Positions 30,768 to 41,485 are shown, counted from the first letter of the stretch. The stretch is 43,522 nt of DNA from Aulosira sp. ZfuVER01 (GCA_034530615.2 JAVRCV020000011.1:1-43522); one strand, 5' to 3'. Program-made: numbers and translations. The notes: a model not told the origin generated them from the letters alone.

Positions 30768-31793
30768 CTAACCACTATCACGCTGTAGGGCTTCATACTG
30801 GGATCGAATTCGTTCTAGTACCTTGTTGTCTACAGCTTCTTTGGCTATGCGAATTGCATTAAAAATTGAAGGTGCTTGTGAGCTACCATGACCAATCAGA
30901 CAAATTCCGTCCACGCCTAAGAGCAAAGCACCGCCATGTTCCGCGTGATCCATGCGCTGCTTAATCCTTTTCAGGTTGGGTTTTAAAATCGCTGTGCCGA
31001 TTTGACCGTGCAATCCTTGGGGCAATTCTTCCCGCAAGATTTGTAAAATCACTTCTCCCACGGCTTCAGCAAACTTCAATAACACGTTGCCGACAAAGCC
31101 ATCACAGACAATCACATCAAAGTTCCCAGAAAGCACATCACGCCCTTCTGCATTCCCGAGAAAAGAAATTTGGGAATTTTCTCGCAGTAGTTGGTGGGCG
31201 CGCAGAGCCACTTCATTACCTTTGGTGTCTTCTTCGCCAATATTTAACAAACCTACTTTTGGTTGGGCTGTACCCAGCACGTATTGACTGTAGGCTGACC
31301 CCATCACAGCAAACTGCTCTAAAAATTTCGGACGGCAGTCTACATTGGCACCAACATCTAGTATTAGTACTGGCTTGCCAGCTTTAATTGTGGGAAAAAC
31401 TGTCCCAATTGCTGGGCGGTCAATTCCTGGCAGTCGTCCTAGGCGGAGCAAAGCGGAGGCCATAGCTGCCCCAGAGTGTCCGGCTGAGAACACAGCATCT
31501 GCTTGCTGCTGCTTCACCAGATCCATCGCCACATTAATTGAAGCCTTCCGTTTGCGCCTAACCGCGTTTAAAGGCTCCTCATCCATTGCGATCGCTTCCT
31601 CAGCAGGAACGATCTCTACCTCCGCCAGGCTTGTTTTTGGCGGCAGGGCAGCTTCAATTTGTTGGGGATCACCTACCAACAGAACTTTTACACCCAATTC
31701 TTCTCGTGCTCGGATTGCGCCAGCCACGATTTCAGCGGGTGCATGATCCCCTCCCATTGCGTCAATTGCGATCCTTACGCCAGTCGATCCCAT
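30768..31793 (-). CDS. plsX: Phosphate acyltransferase
   Basis: IAIDAMGGDHAP, LDVGAN, GLLNIGEE, DGFVGN and HGSS. Confidence 0.97.
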   Translation of the reverse strand: MGSTGVRIAIDAMGGDHAPAEIVAGAIRAREELGVKVLLVGDPQQIEAALPPKTSLAEVEIVPAEEAIAMDEEPLNAVRRKRKASINVAMDLVKQQQADAVFSAGHSGAAMASALLRLGRLPGIDRPAIGTVFPTIKAGKPVLILDVGANVDCRPKFLEQFAVMGSAYSQYVLGTAQPKVGLLNIGEEDTKGNEVALRAHQLLRENSQISFLGNAEGRDVLSGNFDVIVCDGFVGNVLLKFAEAVGEVILQILREELPQGLHGQIGTAILKPNLKRIKQRMDHAEHGGALLLGVDGICLIGHGSSQAPSIFNAIRIAKEAVDNKVLERIRSQYEALQRDSG

Positions 31794-31927
31794 TGCTTAA
31801 AGCTTTTAGAAACCTTACAAATTTTACCAGATGGCTTTGCCGAAAAATCGGAACTTTTAGACTGCCAAATTACTCTTCCAACTGTGCAAGAGGTTCTGGC
31901 AAGCCCAACATAACACGAATTGGTGAG

Positions 31928-32060
31928 GACTGGGGATAAGGGGAGGAGTGTGGGGAGTGTGGGGAGTGTGGGGAGAGAGGAACCATACTTAGTTCTTCCC
32001 CATCTTCCCCGACCTCCTGCACCTCCCACTCTCCTTTTTGTCCCTATGCCCCATGCCCAA
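31928..32060. repeat. Short tandem repeat tract (GGAGTGTGG x3, purine/pyrimidine-skewed, ATGCCCC)
   Basis: Direct reading of the pepA-plsX intergenic region. Confidence 0.7.
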
Positions 32061-32064
32061 TTAC

Positions 32065-33549
32065 CTACTCAACTGGACTTAATACCCAATCAACGAGGGT
32101 TCTCACACCGAAACCGGTTGCCCCTGGCCCGTTGTAGCCATTTTCTTTATCTGACCAGACTGGGCCTGCAATATCTAAGTGTGCCCAAGGCGTATCTTTG
32201 ACAAATTGCTTGAGGAACAGGGACGCAGTAATCGCACCTCCGGGACGGGGGCCTGTATTTTTCATGTCGGCGATGCCAGACTTCAGCCCTTCAAAATATT
32301 TATCTTCCATTGGCATCCGCCAAATCTTTTCTCCTGATGATGCCGCAGCTTTTTCTAACTGGGAAGCAACTGCATCATCGGGAGTAAACAAACCAGCAAT
32401 ATCGTCACCCAAGGCGATGACGTTAGCACCTGTCAGGGTGGCTAAATCAACGATCGCATCTAATCCTAATTTATCGGCATATACCAAGGCATCGGCTAGA
32501 GTCAAACGTCCTTCTGCATCGGTGTTATTCACTTCAATGGTTTTGCCATTGGATGCTTTGAGGATGTCGCCTGGGTGCATTGCATGACCGCTAATCATGT
32601 TTTCGGTCACGGCTGAGATAAAGTGAACTTCGACACTCGGCTTAATTTGGGCAATTGCTTTGGCTGCACCTAAAGTGGCTGCTGCACCACCCATATCAAT
32701 TTTCATAGTTTCAATGCCGCTACCAGCGCCTTTAATATTGAGTCCGCCGGAGTCGAAGGTTAAGCCTTTACCAATAATTGCTAATTTGCGTGTCGGTGTG
32801 CCTTCTGGCTTGTAAGTTAGGTGAATAAATTTAGGTGGCAAATCAGAAGCTTGGGCGACTCCTAAAAAAGCACCCATGCCTAACTTTTCACATTCTTCCT
32901 TTTCTAAGATTTGGATTTGTAAACCATGATCGGTGGCGATCGCTTGGGCAGTTTCGGCCATAGTAATGGGTGTCACAGCGTTTGCTGGGGCTGCTACTAA
33001 CTCTCTGGCTAAAATTACCCCAGATACTATTTGATTGGCGCGGTTAATGGCTGCTTCTTGCCCGCTAAATCCGATTAAATCTATGGTTTCTACTTGTGCT
33101 GCTTTTTCTTCTGGTTCTGATTTAAAGCGGGTATCTTGGTAAAGCGCTAGTTGCACACCTTCTGCGATCGCTTGAGCAGTTGCCGCCGGATCGTTGTTCC
33201 ATAATGGAAAACTAAAACCCAAAACTTTACTTTTTTGCTTTTTGGCTACCCGGCCGACGGCGGCGGCGGCGCGTCGCAAAGAATCAATTTTCAGCGTCTC
33301 GGCTTTGCCTAAACCTACCAAAATAACTTTCTTAACTGGGCTACTAGCAGCTGCTATACGAGTAAAAATAGTGCTATTGGCTTTCCCCTTAAATTCCTCT
33401 TCAGCAATTAGTTCTTTTAAAATTCCGGTAAATTTGCCATCTAAAGTCGCCAGTTCACCAGTTAACTCTACGGCATCTTCAAATAATCCAATCGCTAAAG
33501 TATCTCCTGCCCACTCTAAAAGAGGCGTATCACTCGGTCGAATTACCAT
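32065..33549 (-). CDS. pepA: Leucyl aminopeptidase (M17)
   Basis: [33 protein letters not shown] and WAHLDIAG. Confidence 0.97.
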   Translation of the reverse strand: MVIRPSDTPLLEWAGDTLAIGLFEDAVELTGELATLDGKFTGILKELIAEEEFKGKANSTIFTRIAAASSPVKKVILVGLGKAETLKIDSLRRAAAAVGRVAKKQKSKVLGFSFPLWNNDPAATAQAIAEGVQLALYQDTRFKSEPEEKAAQVETIDLIGFSGQEAAINRANQIVSGVILARELVAAPANAVTPITMAETAQAIATDHGLQIQILEKEECEKLGMGAFLGVAQASDLPPKFIHLTYKPEGTPTRKLAIIGKGLTFDSGGLNIKGAGSGIETMKIDMGGAAATLGAAKAIAQIKPSVEVHFISAVTENMISGHAMHPGDILKASNGKTIEVNNTDAEGRLTLADALVYADKLGLDAIVDLATLTGANVIALGDDIAGLFTPDDAVASQLEKAAASSGEKIWRMPMEDKYFEGLKSGIADMKNTGPRPGGAITASLFLKQFVKDTPWAHLDIAGPVWSDKENGYNGPGATGFGVRTLVDWVLSPVE

Positions 33550-33690
33550 TTTTGTATTTTGTGTAAAAGTTCTTGTACCAGTATTGCGTAAAATTTTCTG
33601 TTCGTGCTGTCAGGGATTGGAGATGAGGGAGATGAGGAGGACAAGGGAGAAATAACTAATGACAAATAACAAATGACCCTTGACTCTTGA

Positions 33691-34797
33691 CTAAATATCA
33701 AATTTATTAGCGATCGCAGCAATTATATTTTGCTCTAACTCTGTAGTTTCACCGTTCAGTTGGGCAATTTTTTTACATTGAGCTAATAAAGGTATGGCAA
33801 AATCGCGGTTGAGTTGATCTAGCAAGCTATTTAAAGGCTGGGGTGATTTAATATTTTCGGAAATCTGTTTTAATGAATTCTCACTCAGGTTGATGGCTTG
33901 TAATTCGGGGCGAATCTCTTCCCAAGTTTTGTCTGGATGGCTGGCGAGGATCATGTGTACTAAAATTTGATCCATAATCGCTTCTTGAGCGATCGCTGTT
34001 TCTAAGTACTTTTCACTTTGTTGTTTTAATGTTGCCAATGTCTCTTTAGAAGTTAGAGAAGTTGATTCATCCAACTTGGCTTCGTAAAAGCGACAAGCAG
34101 CATACCCCAATGAATAAATCATCGTCGCATTGGAACTAGCTGCGATCGCTGCACCCGCAAAAGGCACATTTCGCAGCAAGCCTAATCCCGCAGCTTTCAA
34201 CAGCCGACTACCGCCCAAAGCTAAACCAAAAATTGCCAAAACCTCACCCTTACGGGCAGAATCTTTTAAATCTAGTCCATAAGCGGCGGCTATTTGATAA
34301 AGCATTTCTGATTGCAACTGTGTGGTAGCCGCCAAATCAATTGCCAATAAAGCCGCAGCTATTCCTGGCAAAACACTAGTTGCTAAACCAATCCCACCTG
34401 CTTGAGTAGCTTTTTCCACCATAATTCTGTGGGAAATTTGGCTGGGTGATTCCTGGGGATACTGTTGTTTGAGTTTGTTGACTGTCTCTTGTGCTTTTTG
34501 CAAATCAACATTGTCACTCGCCCCAATCAACCAATTCAGATTTAAAACACCAGATAATCTGCGAATCAGCCAATTTTGACCAAGGCTATCCACTAATTTC
34601 CCGGTGTTTTGAGTAGATTGTTCAATTAGCTTGTGTGTTTGTTGAATAGCGGTTCCACCCACTTCAACTGCTGTCCCCGCTACCCAGCTTAGTGTATCAG
34701 CAACAGATTCTAAAAATGATTGTTGAGCTTTTTTTGTATTATCAATGGAGGAATTATTTATTTTTTTATCTATTGCGTTATTCAGTTTATCTGCCAT
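33691..34797 (-). CDS. EcsC/DUF697-like protein
   Basis: DLAATTQLQSEMLYQIAAAYGLD pattern and Gly/Ala-rich hydrophobic segments. Confidence 0.7.
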   Translation of the reverse strand: MADKLNNAIDKKINNSSIDNTKKAQQSFLESVADTLSWVAGTAVEVGGTAIQQTHKLIEQSTQNTGKLVDSLGQNWLIRRLSGVLNLNWLIGASDNVDLQKAQETVNKLKQQYPQESPSQISHRIMVEKATQAGGIGLATSVLPGIAAALLAIDLAATTQLQSEMLYQIAAAYGLDLKDSARKGEVLAIFGLALGGSRLLKAAGLGLLRNVPFAGAAIAASSNATMIYSLGYAACRFYEAKLDESTSLTSKETLATLKQQSEKYLETAIAQEAIMDQILVHMILASHPDKTWEEIRPELQAINLSENSLKQISENIKSPQPLNSLLDQLNRDFAIPLLAQCKKIAQLNGETTELEQNIIAAIANKFDI

Positions 34798-34911
34798 TGC
34801 TGGGCACCTTCCATGTAAAGCCTTGCTATTTTTGTTTTAGCAAAGATGTGTCCAACTAGACCTCTCTCTATCAGGATAAGTCGTTAGTTAAAATCAACTA
34901 TCATCTAAATA

Positions 34912-35205
34912 CTAAACATTTGTTGCTGCACGGATTTCTTGAATAATATTTGAAATTTCTTCTTCAGACTGGATATGTCGCGATCAAACTTCAGCAGTGG
35001 ATTCCAGTACTCTCTCGAAAAATAATTTGGCTAAGTCTTGGCGCAGACCCTGCCCAATATAGAATTTAAGCAATGCTTCAACAGACATATCTCTACTGTT
35101 GGCTACTTTTTTGAGTGAATCTAAAGTGTCTTTTTGTATTTGAATAGATACTGTTTCTACTGGACGCGGTTTTAAGTTTAATTGGAATTCTTCAGGCTTG
35201 TTCAT
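34912..35205 (-). pseudogene. RHH/CopG-like putative antitoxin with an internal TGA at 34984-34986
   Basis: TVSIQIQKDTLDSLKKVANSRDMSVEALLKFYI is RHH-like. After the TGA the same frame continues SRHIQSEEEISNIIQEIRAATNV to TAG at 34912. Confidence 0.6.
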
Positions 35206-35279
35206 CTAATTTCCTTGTAAGATTCCTCTTGAGGATGTAAATGCATCTTCAAATTCAAGTGATGCGACTTTTTTGCTTT

Positions 35280-36110
35280 TTACCTGACAGAATCTCCAAC
35301 TTTTATGACCTGACTCAGTGCAGCGCTAGTTTCCAAAAAATGATTATCCCGCATAATTTCATAGAGATTAGTATCACTCTCTAGTAAACAGGCGTGTCCG
35401 CTATTGGGCAAAATTACAGTTTTTGTGTTAACTAAAATACTCCTTAACCGTCTTACCTCCTCTACAGAAGGCAAAAGCCGATCCTGAACACCAGCTATGA
35501 GCAGAATTGGTTGGGTGAGGCGACGTAACTTTTCCTCGTCAACATCAAACTCTCGCAGTAAAGCCAATCGCCAGAGGACTGTTTCTGGGGGTACAGAACG
35601 CATACTTTTGAGCAGTTCTTGGCGATCGCTCCGTGTCATTCTCTGTAAAGATGCTAAAAAGGGTAATAATCCCAGCGCACCTATTTCATAAAGGCAAGGA
35701 TGCACTAGGTAAGTTAGTTGAGATGCCCAATTTAACCAAGGTCGTAATTTAAAGCTAGAAGCTGGGTTAATCAGGATAATCCGTTTAAACAATTGCGGTG
35801 CTTGGGTAGCCACTTTCATTGCTAAACAGCCACCAAAGGACTCGCCACAAAGATAAACTGACCGCTGGGAGCTTTTTTCTAATTCGCCGTGGATCAAGTC
35901 TAATACGTTATTGGTGAGTACCTCCCAGGTGGTCAGGTCTTGCCGTGGGATCGCCAAACAGCGCACATCGAAACCTGTTTCCAATCCTGCGGTTTGCGAT
36001 CGCAATAGTTGACCTGTTCCATCCATTCCTGGCAAGTAGACAAACAAGGGGTACTCTGGCTGTATGCGTTTAGGCGTAAGGAAACACGGCTTTAAATCAA
36101 CTTCTAGCAT
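35280..36110 (-). CDS. Alpha/beta hydrolase resembling the esterase domain of ELT/phytyl-ester synthases
   Basis: LPGMDGTG, FDVRCLAIP, GESFGG, LINPASSF, DRLLPS and GHACLLE. Confidence 0.88.
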   Translation of the reverse strand: MLEVDLKPCFLTPKRIQPEYPLFVYLPGMDGTGQLLRSQTAGLETGFDVRCLAIPRQDLTTWEVLTNNVLDLIHGELEKSSQRSVYLCGESFGGCLAMKVATQAPQLFKRIILINPASSFKLRPWLNWASQLTYLVHPCLYEIGALGLLPFLASLQRMTRSDRQELLKSMRSVPPETVLWRLALLREFDVDEEKLRRLTQPILLIAGVQDRLLPSVEEVRRLRSILVNTKTVILPNSGHACLLESDTNLYEIMRDNHFLETSAALSQVIKVGDSVR

Positions 36111-36221
36111 TGTCAAATTTTTATTTATGTTTGTTAATTTTATAAAATTTACCCTATGAAAGCTAAATAATTTTAGATTTGATATCTAATCAAGGTTAAT
36201 GTCTATCAGTGCAGTCAATCA

Positions 36222-36252
36222 ATTTTGGATTTTGGATTTTGGATTTTGGATT
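36222..36252. repeat. STRR (ATTTTGG x4)
   Basis: Direct reading. Confidence 0.85.
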
Positions 36253-36663
36253 AACCCTGACATCAAGGTATGTTGCTCAAGTATTTTGGATTTGTTTCAC
36301 CCACAAGGAGGAGCCACTGCGATGTGCTAGTTTCTTGGTATCAAGCAAGTATCATTAAGGTATGAACCAAAAAAAGTTAAAATTGGCAATCTAAAATCGT
36401 AAGGATTCAGGTCAAAATTCCCGGATAATTTATAGTGCGGATGCGAGAAATTATATTAAATAGAAATTTTTCCCTTAAGTAATCTAGAATTCAACAGCAC
36501 ATACATAAAAGCTAGCAAATTTAGAACTCCTTAAAATCTGCTTTACCAGCGTGGAATCAATACCCTTCTTGCATTTTGCCCTATCAATATTTTAAGCAAT
36601 GTATAATTGTAGTCCCTACTATTGTGAGGATGGATAGTTGCTCCATCCCAAGTATGAGATATT

Positions 36664-37389
36664 CTAGTAACAACCTTGACGCAACAAACTAGCAATTTCA
36701 TAATGACAGGAATCTGTCAGTTCAGAAACAACAGTTTTCGCTTGTTTTCCTTGATATTGTTTTTGTTGTTGGGGCTGAATCCAATATGGACGGCCAATTA
36801 ACACCGCGACTCGACGATAGATGACCAAGGGATGCCAACCTGGTTGATTAAATAATGCTTCTGAAGGGTCAAATAAACTTAATAACCGTAAAGGCACACC
36901 TGCGGTGTTTACTTCCTCCAAAGAGGCGATCGCGATCGGCAAAATTGCTAAGTCTCTCACAGGCGATCGCAATGCCAAATGAGCAAATCCGCGCTGAAAT
37001 TCACCCACCTCATGAGGCTGGGTAAATTTTACCATTGGTTCAGTTCCTTCGGGAAACACCCCCACCATCTGCTTGGATTGCAACAGCAGTTGGGATTGGT
37101 CAAAAAAGCTCTGCTGGCGTTTATGAGTATCCTCTAAGGGAAAGCAGCCCAATTGACCTGTAACTAGTTCCCGCATAATTGGTACTTGTCCCATGTAGTG
37201 ATGGCAGGCAAAGCGGATGGGACTCGATAGCGCCGCCATCAAAACAAAGGCATCCATAAAGCTGCGATGATTGCTGACGACTAATACGCTAGCATCATGA
37301 GGAATCCGATCCTCATAATAAAGAAACATTCGTGTTGATAGCGCTGCCAATGACCAACGAGAAATCTCCAGAGGGCTATTTAGACTCAT
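36664..37389 (-). CDS. Lysophospholipid acyltransferase family protein (second PlsC-like)
   Basis: SNHRSFMD (HX4D), VFPEG, F.RGFA and LPIA. Confidence 0.9.
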   Translation of the reverse strand: MSLNSPLEISRWSLAALSTRMFLYYEDRIPHDASVLVVSNHRSFMDAFVLMAALSSPIRFACHHYMGQVPIMRELVTGQLGCFPLEDTHKRQQSFFDQSQLLLQSKQMVGVFPEGTEPMVKFTQPHEVGEFQRGFAHLALRSPVRDLAILPIAIASLEEVNTAGVPLRLLSLFDPSEALFNQPGWHPLVIYRRVAVLIGRPYWIQPQQQKQYQGKQAKTVVSELTDSCHYEIASLLRQGCY

Positions 37390-37763
37390 AGCAATCAATA
37401 TATTTTTTCAGAAAATATCGCAGTTTATCTTGACTTAACATTACATTTCTTCACCCCTATAACGACCGTCTTAAGGTAGAAATGTCTAATTCTCAAAGTC
37501 AACTATATTTTCTGAGTCGTGATTCTGTATTGCCAGCGACAATAAATGCAATCAAACGCTTTAATAACTATTGTTAGCAGCTATTTTTTAACTAATGGGA
37601 GAAATTAGCTGAGGTTATATAAAGCATAAAATAACCTGGCCTTTCGAGATTTGCTAATATTAAGGTATGGTTTGAAAAAAACTTAGCAATGTTATATAAT
37701 TACGTGGTTTTGCCTACAAAAGTAAGATATAAAACGTTTTAATAAGTTGATTTTTTATTGTGC

Positions 37764-39365
37764 ATGAATCTAGTGAATAAAAAAGAAAAGACATTTGCAC
37801 TGACAACTCCGTTATATTATGTAAACGATGTCCCCCATGTTGGTAGTGCTTATACAACGATGGCTGCTGATGTAGTGGCACGGTTTCAAAGGCTTTTAGG
37901 GCATCAAGTGCTGCTAATCACAGGTACAGATGAACATGGGCAGAAAATTCAGCGTTCAGCAGAAAATCTGGGGAAAGCACCCCAAGAATTTTGTGATGAA
38001 ATATCTCTGAGTTTTCGTTCTCTGTGGCAAGTACTAAATATTAAATACGATCGCTTTATTCGGACTACCGATCCTCGCCATGAAGCAATTGTCAAAGAAT
38101 TTTTTGAGCGAGTTTGGAAATCAGGCGACATATACCAGGGACAACAAAAAGGCTGGTATTGTGTATCTTGCGAAGAATTTAAAGAAGAACGAGAACTACT
38201 AGAGGGAAACCGTTGCCCGATTCATACTAACAAAGAAGTTGAGTGGCGAGACGAACAAAACTACTTCTTCCGCTTATCCAAATACCAAAATCAACTGCAA
38301 GAACTTTACCAGTCTAGACCAGATTTTATCCAGCCCACAAGCCGTCGTAACGAAGTCCTAAACTTTGTCAATCAAGGGTTGCAAGACTTTTCGATTTCAC
38401 GGGTGAATCTCGACTGGGGCTTTCCTGTACCAGTAGACCCTAAGCATACTCTTTACGTCTGGTTTGATGCACTACTGGGTTATGTAACAGCATTGTTAGA
38501 ACCAGATGCAGAACCAACTTTAGAAAATGCCTTAGCTAAATGGTGGCCGATGAACTTGCACTTAATTGGTAAGGATATCCTGCGCTTCCATGCAGTTTAC
38601 TGGCCAGCAATGCTGCTTAGTGCAGGCTTACCATTACCAAAGCAAGTATTTGGGCATGGCTTTTTAACTAAAGATGGGCAAAAGATGGGTAAAAGTCTGG
38701 GTAATACCCTCGATCCCATAGAACTAGTCCAGCGCTATGGTAGTGACGCCGTTCGTTATTACTTCCTTAAGGAAATTGAATTTGGCAAAGATGGCGATTT
38801 TAATGAAGTTAGATTCATCAATGTTTTGAATGCAGATTTAGCAAATGATTTAGGTAATTTGCTGAATCGCACGCTGAACATGGTGAAAAAATACTGCGCC
38901 GGTAATGTGCCAGCAATTGCTAATGAAGCCATTCCGGCTGACAATCCTTTAAAAGCGATTGGGTTAACCTTAGGGGAACAGGTGAAAAATGCCTACGAAA
39001 TGCTGGCTTTCAATCAAGCCTGCGAGGCTATCCTGTTGCTGGCGCAAGCTTGCAATAAGTTTATTGATGAACAAGCCCCTTGGTCATTATATAAGCAAGG
39101 ACAGCAGGAAGCATTGGAAAAGGTGCTGTATGCAGTTCTAGAATCAGTTAGACTAGCAGCTTATCTGTTGTCTCCAGTGATTCCGAATATCAGTAGCGAT
39201 ATTTATCAGCAATTGGGCTTCGGAATTAACTTTAACGATCCCATAGAAAGTGTAATTGCTGCACCTTTCGATATTCATGCAACATGGGGGATACTATCCG
39301 ATAAACAACAGTTGGGTACACCCCAACCAATTTTTAAGCGTATAGAACCCCCAAAAAATGATTAG
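37764..39365 (+). CDS. metG: Methionyl-tRNA synthetase
   Basis: YYVNDVPHVG (HIGH-like), GTDEHGQK, YCVSCE, YVWFDAL, GKDILRFH and KMGKS. Confidence 0.98.
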   Translation: MNLVNKKEKTFALTTPLYYVNDVPHVGSAYTTMAADVVARFQRLLGHQVLLITGTDEHGQKIQRSAENLGKAPQEFCDEISLSFRSLWQVLNIKYDRFIRTTDPRHEAIVKEFFERVWKSGDIYQGQQKGWYCVSCEEFKEERELLEGNRCPIHTNKEVEWRDEQNYFFRLSKYQNQLQELYQSRPDFIQPTSRRNEVLNFVNQGLQDFSISRVNLDWGFPVPVDPKHTLYVWFDALLGYVTALLEPDAEPTLENALAKWWPMNLHLIGKDILRFHAVYWPAMLLSAGLPLPKQVFGHGFLTKDGQKMGKSLGNTLDPIELVQRYGSDAVRYYFLKEIEFGKDGDFNEVRFINVLNADLANDLGNLLNRTLNMVKKYCAGNVPAIANEAIPADNPLKAIGLTLGEQVKNAYEMLAFNQACEAILLLAQACNKFIDEQAPWSLYKQGQQEALEKVLYAVLESVRLAAYLLSPVIPNISSDIYQQLGFGINFNDPIESVIAAPFDIHATWGILSDKQQLGTPQPIFKRIEPPKND

Positions 39366-39415
39366 TACTTTCAATTTTGATTTTGCTTAATCTCTAATTC
39401 TGTCAAAAAAACGAT

Positions 39416-39438
39416 CGGGGCTGCACTGATTAGCCCCG
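39416..39438 (+). terminator. GC-rich hairpin downstream of metG
   Basis: CGGGGCTG..TAGCCCCG stem with only a weak U-tract. Confidence 0.4.
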
Positions 39439-39485
39439 GCAGATTTTCATAAAACGTTCTAACTTGCATGAAAACTGTAAAAATT

Positions 39486-39501
39486 TGTATCAAATATTAC
39501 A
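39486..39501. promoter_or_regulatory. Candidate NtcA box (TGTA-N8-TACA)
   Basis: TGTATCAAATATTACA, ending 17 nt before the NYN gene ATG. Confidence 0.35.
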
Positions 39502-39518
39502 AGGATAAAAACTGAGGT

Positions 39519-40157
39519 ATGACATCAATGTTAAATAATTTAGAAAATGATTCGATATTTACGCCGGAACAAGTTTTAGAGAATCGGGGTCGTGTAGCTA
39601 TATTTATTGATGGCTCAAATCTATTTTATGCTGCACTCCAATTAGGAATAGAGATTGATTACACTAAGCTACTGTGTCGCTTAACTGGCGGATCTAGACT
39701 GTTACGCGCTTTTTTCTACACTGGTGTAGATCGGACAAACGAAAAACAACAAGGATTCTTGCTGTGGATGCGTCGCAATGGCTACAGAGTGATTGCCAAA
39801 GATTTAGTCCAGCTACCGGATGGGTCAAAAAAAGCCAATCTGGATGTAGAAATCGCAGTAGATATGATGGCTTTAGTAGATTCCTATGATACGGCAGTTT
39901 TAGTCAGTGGTGATGGAGATTTAGCCTATGCAGTCAACTCAGTTAGCTATCGCGGTGTGCGGGTAGAGGTAGTGAGTTTACGTTCAATGACTAGTGATAG
40001 CTTAATTAATGTGAGCGATCGCTATATTGATTTAGAAGCCATCAAAGAAGATATCCAAAAAACCCCTCGCCAAAGCTATCCTTACCGTCCTTTATCCGGT
40101 ATGGGCTTTTTGGACGACCCCAGAGACACTGATGGACATCTAGAAATTCAAGATTAA
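39519..40157 (+). CDS. NYN domain protein (LabA/DUF88 family)
   Basis: IFIDGSN, KANLDVEIAVDM, LVSGDGDL and S..L...SDRYIDL. Confidence 0.93.
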   Translation: MTSMLNNLENDSIFTPEQVLENRGRVAIFIDGSNLFYAALQLGIEIDYTKLLCRLTGGSRLLRAFFYTGVDRTNEKQQGFLLWMRRNGYRVIAKDLVQLPDGSKKANLDVEIAVDMMALVDSYDTAVLVSGDGDLAYAVNSVSYRGVRVEVVSLRSMTSDSLINVSDRYIDLEAIKEDIQKTPRQSYPYRPLSGMGFLDDPRDTDGHLEIQD

Positions 40158-41419
40158 TGAAGCAGGAAGCGCAGAGGAATTTAGGGAGAAGAGGTTCAAG
40201 AAATCAGGGGGGAAGTAAAACAAATTCCCCCCAATTCTTTTTTGGGGAATTTCTTAGTATTTCACCAATGAAGTTCAATTGGTTTTGCCTACCTCTAACA
40301 TTTTTATTAATATTTGGCTTAGTTGCTTGTGGAGGTAAATCTCCTAACAAACAAACAGATAATTCCGGTGCATCTGGACAAAATACAGATAGCAACTTAA
40401 CTTTTTATGGTGTTGCTTTTGAACAGTTTGATGAAGTGGGGCGACCGATTTGGAAGGTAAATGCTAAAGAAGCAAAATATACTAAAGAAAAACAAATTGG
40501 ACAGGCTGAAAACCCTTATGGTGAATTATATCAGGATGGCCAAGTAGTCTACCAAGTTAAAGCAGAACGGGCAGATATTGAAGAGAATGGCAAACAGCTA
40601 TTTCTCAAAGGTAAGATAGTTGCTACCGATCCTCGCAATGGCACTGTATTGCGAGGTAATGAATTAGAATGGCGTCCCAAAGAAGATTTATTGATTGTTC
40701 GCAACCAGCTAACCGGAACTCATAAACAACTACAAGCTGTGGCCCAGGAAGCGCGAGTTAAAACCCGCGAACAGCGCATGGAATTTTCCGGAGGAGTAGT
40801 AGCAAAATCTACCGATCCCCAATTACAGATGCGAACTGAGCATTTGATTTGGCAGATCAAAGAAGAAAAATTAATTGGCGATCGCCCTGTACAAATTGAT
40901 CGCTACAAGAATAATCAAATTACCGATCGTGGTAAAGGAAATGCTGCGGAAGTTAATCTAAAAACCAAGATTGCCACCGTCACAAAAAATGCCCAGCTAG
41001 AATTACTAGATCCGCCTATGCAGATAACTAGTAACTCTATGACCTGGAACATGAATGCAGAAAATGTCACAACAAATTCACCTGTACGTGTCTTCCATCA
41101 GGCTGAAAATGTGACAGTAACTGCTAATCAAGGTGAAATGAAGATACCGCAAAAAACAGTTTATTTAGCAGGCAATGTCAATGCTATTGGTCAACGTCGC
41201 CAGTCTCTCAAATCGCGAACATTAACTTGGTATTTAGACAATAAATTAGTAGAAGCGCAGGGTAATGTAGTGTATCGGCAAGTTGATCCACCATTAAATT
41301 TTACTGGGGAAACAGCCGTTGGTAATCTGCAAACAGAAAATATTGTCGTCAAAGGTGGCAGTACTGGCGGTAGGGTTGTAACAGAGATTATTCCTCAGGA
41401 AAAAGTTAAGGGTCAATAG
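40157..41419 (+). CDS. lptC: LPS export periplasmic protein, LptC/OstA-like, with lipoprotein signal
   Basis: Beta-jellyroll-like repeats (W.V.A..A.Y; L.GNV; A.GNV.Y) and lipobox LVAC. The start is either 40157 (TAATG-coupled) or 40268. Confidence 0.8.
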   Translation: MKQEAQRNLGRRGSRNQGGSKTNSPQFFFGEFLSISPMKFNWFCLPLTFLLIFGLVACGGKSPNKQTDNSGASGQNTDSNLTFYGVAFEQFDEVGRPIWKVNAKEAKYTKEKQIGQAENPYGELYQDGQVVYQVKAERADIEENGKQLFLKGKIVATDPRNGTVLRGNELEWRPKEDLLIVRNQLTGTHKQLQAVAQEARVKTREQRMEFSGGVVAKSTDPQLQMRTEHLIWQIKEEKLIGDRPVQIDRYKNNQITDRGKGNAAEVNLKTKIATVTKNAQLELLDPPMQITSNSMTWNMNAENVTTNSPVRVFHQAENVTVTANQGEMKIPQKTVYLAGNVNAIGQRRQSLKSRTLTWYLDNKLVEAQGNVVYRQVDPPLNFTGETAVGNLQTENIVVKGGSTGGRVVTEIIPQEKVKGQ

Positions 41420-41422
41420 TCA

Positions 41423-41485
41423 CGTCGCTTCTCCTGCGGAGACGCTACGCGAACGCTCCGAATTCAAAATTCAAAATTCAAAATT
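41423..41485. repeat. SDR-like element TCTCCTGCGGAGACGCTACGCGAAC followed by AATTCAA STRR
   Basis: Small hairpin TCTCC-TGC-GGAGA followed by three heptamer copies. Confidence 0.6.

Noticed and set aside
31586..32201. Several overlapping short ORFs around the plsX promoter
   Set aside because: Derived from tandem repeats or antisense to plsX and pepA.
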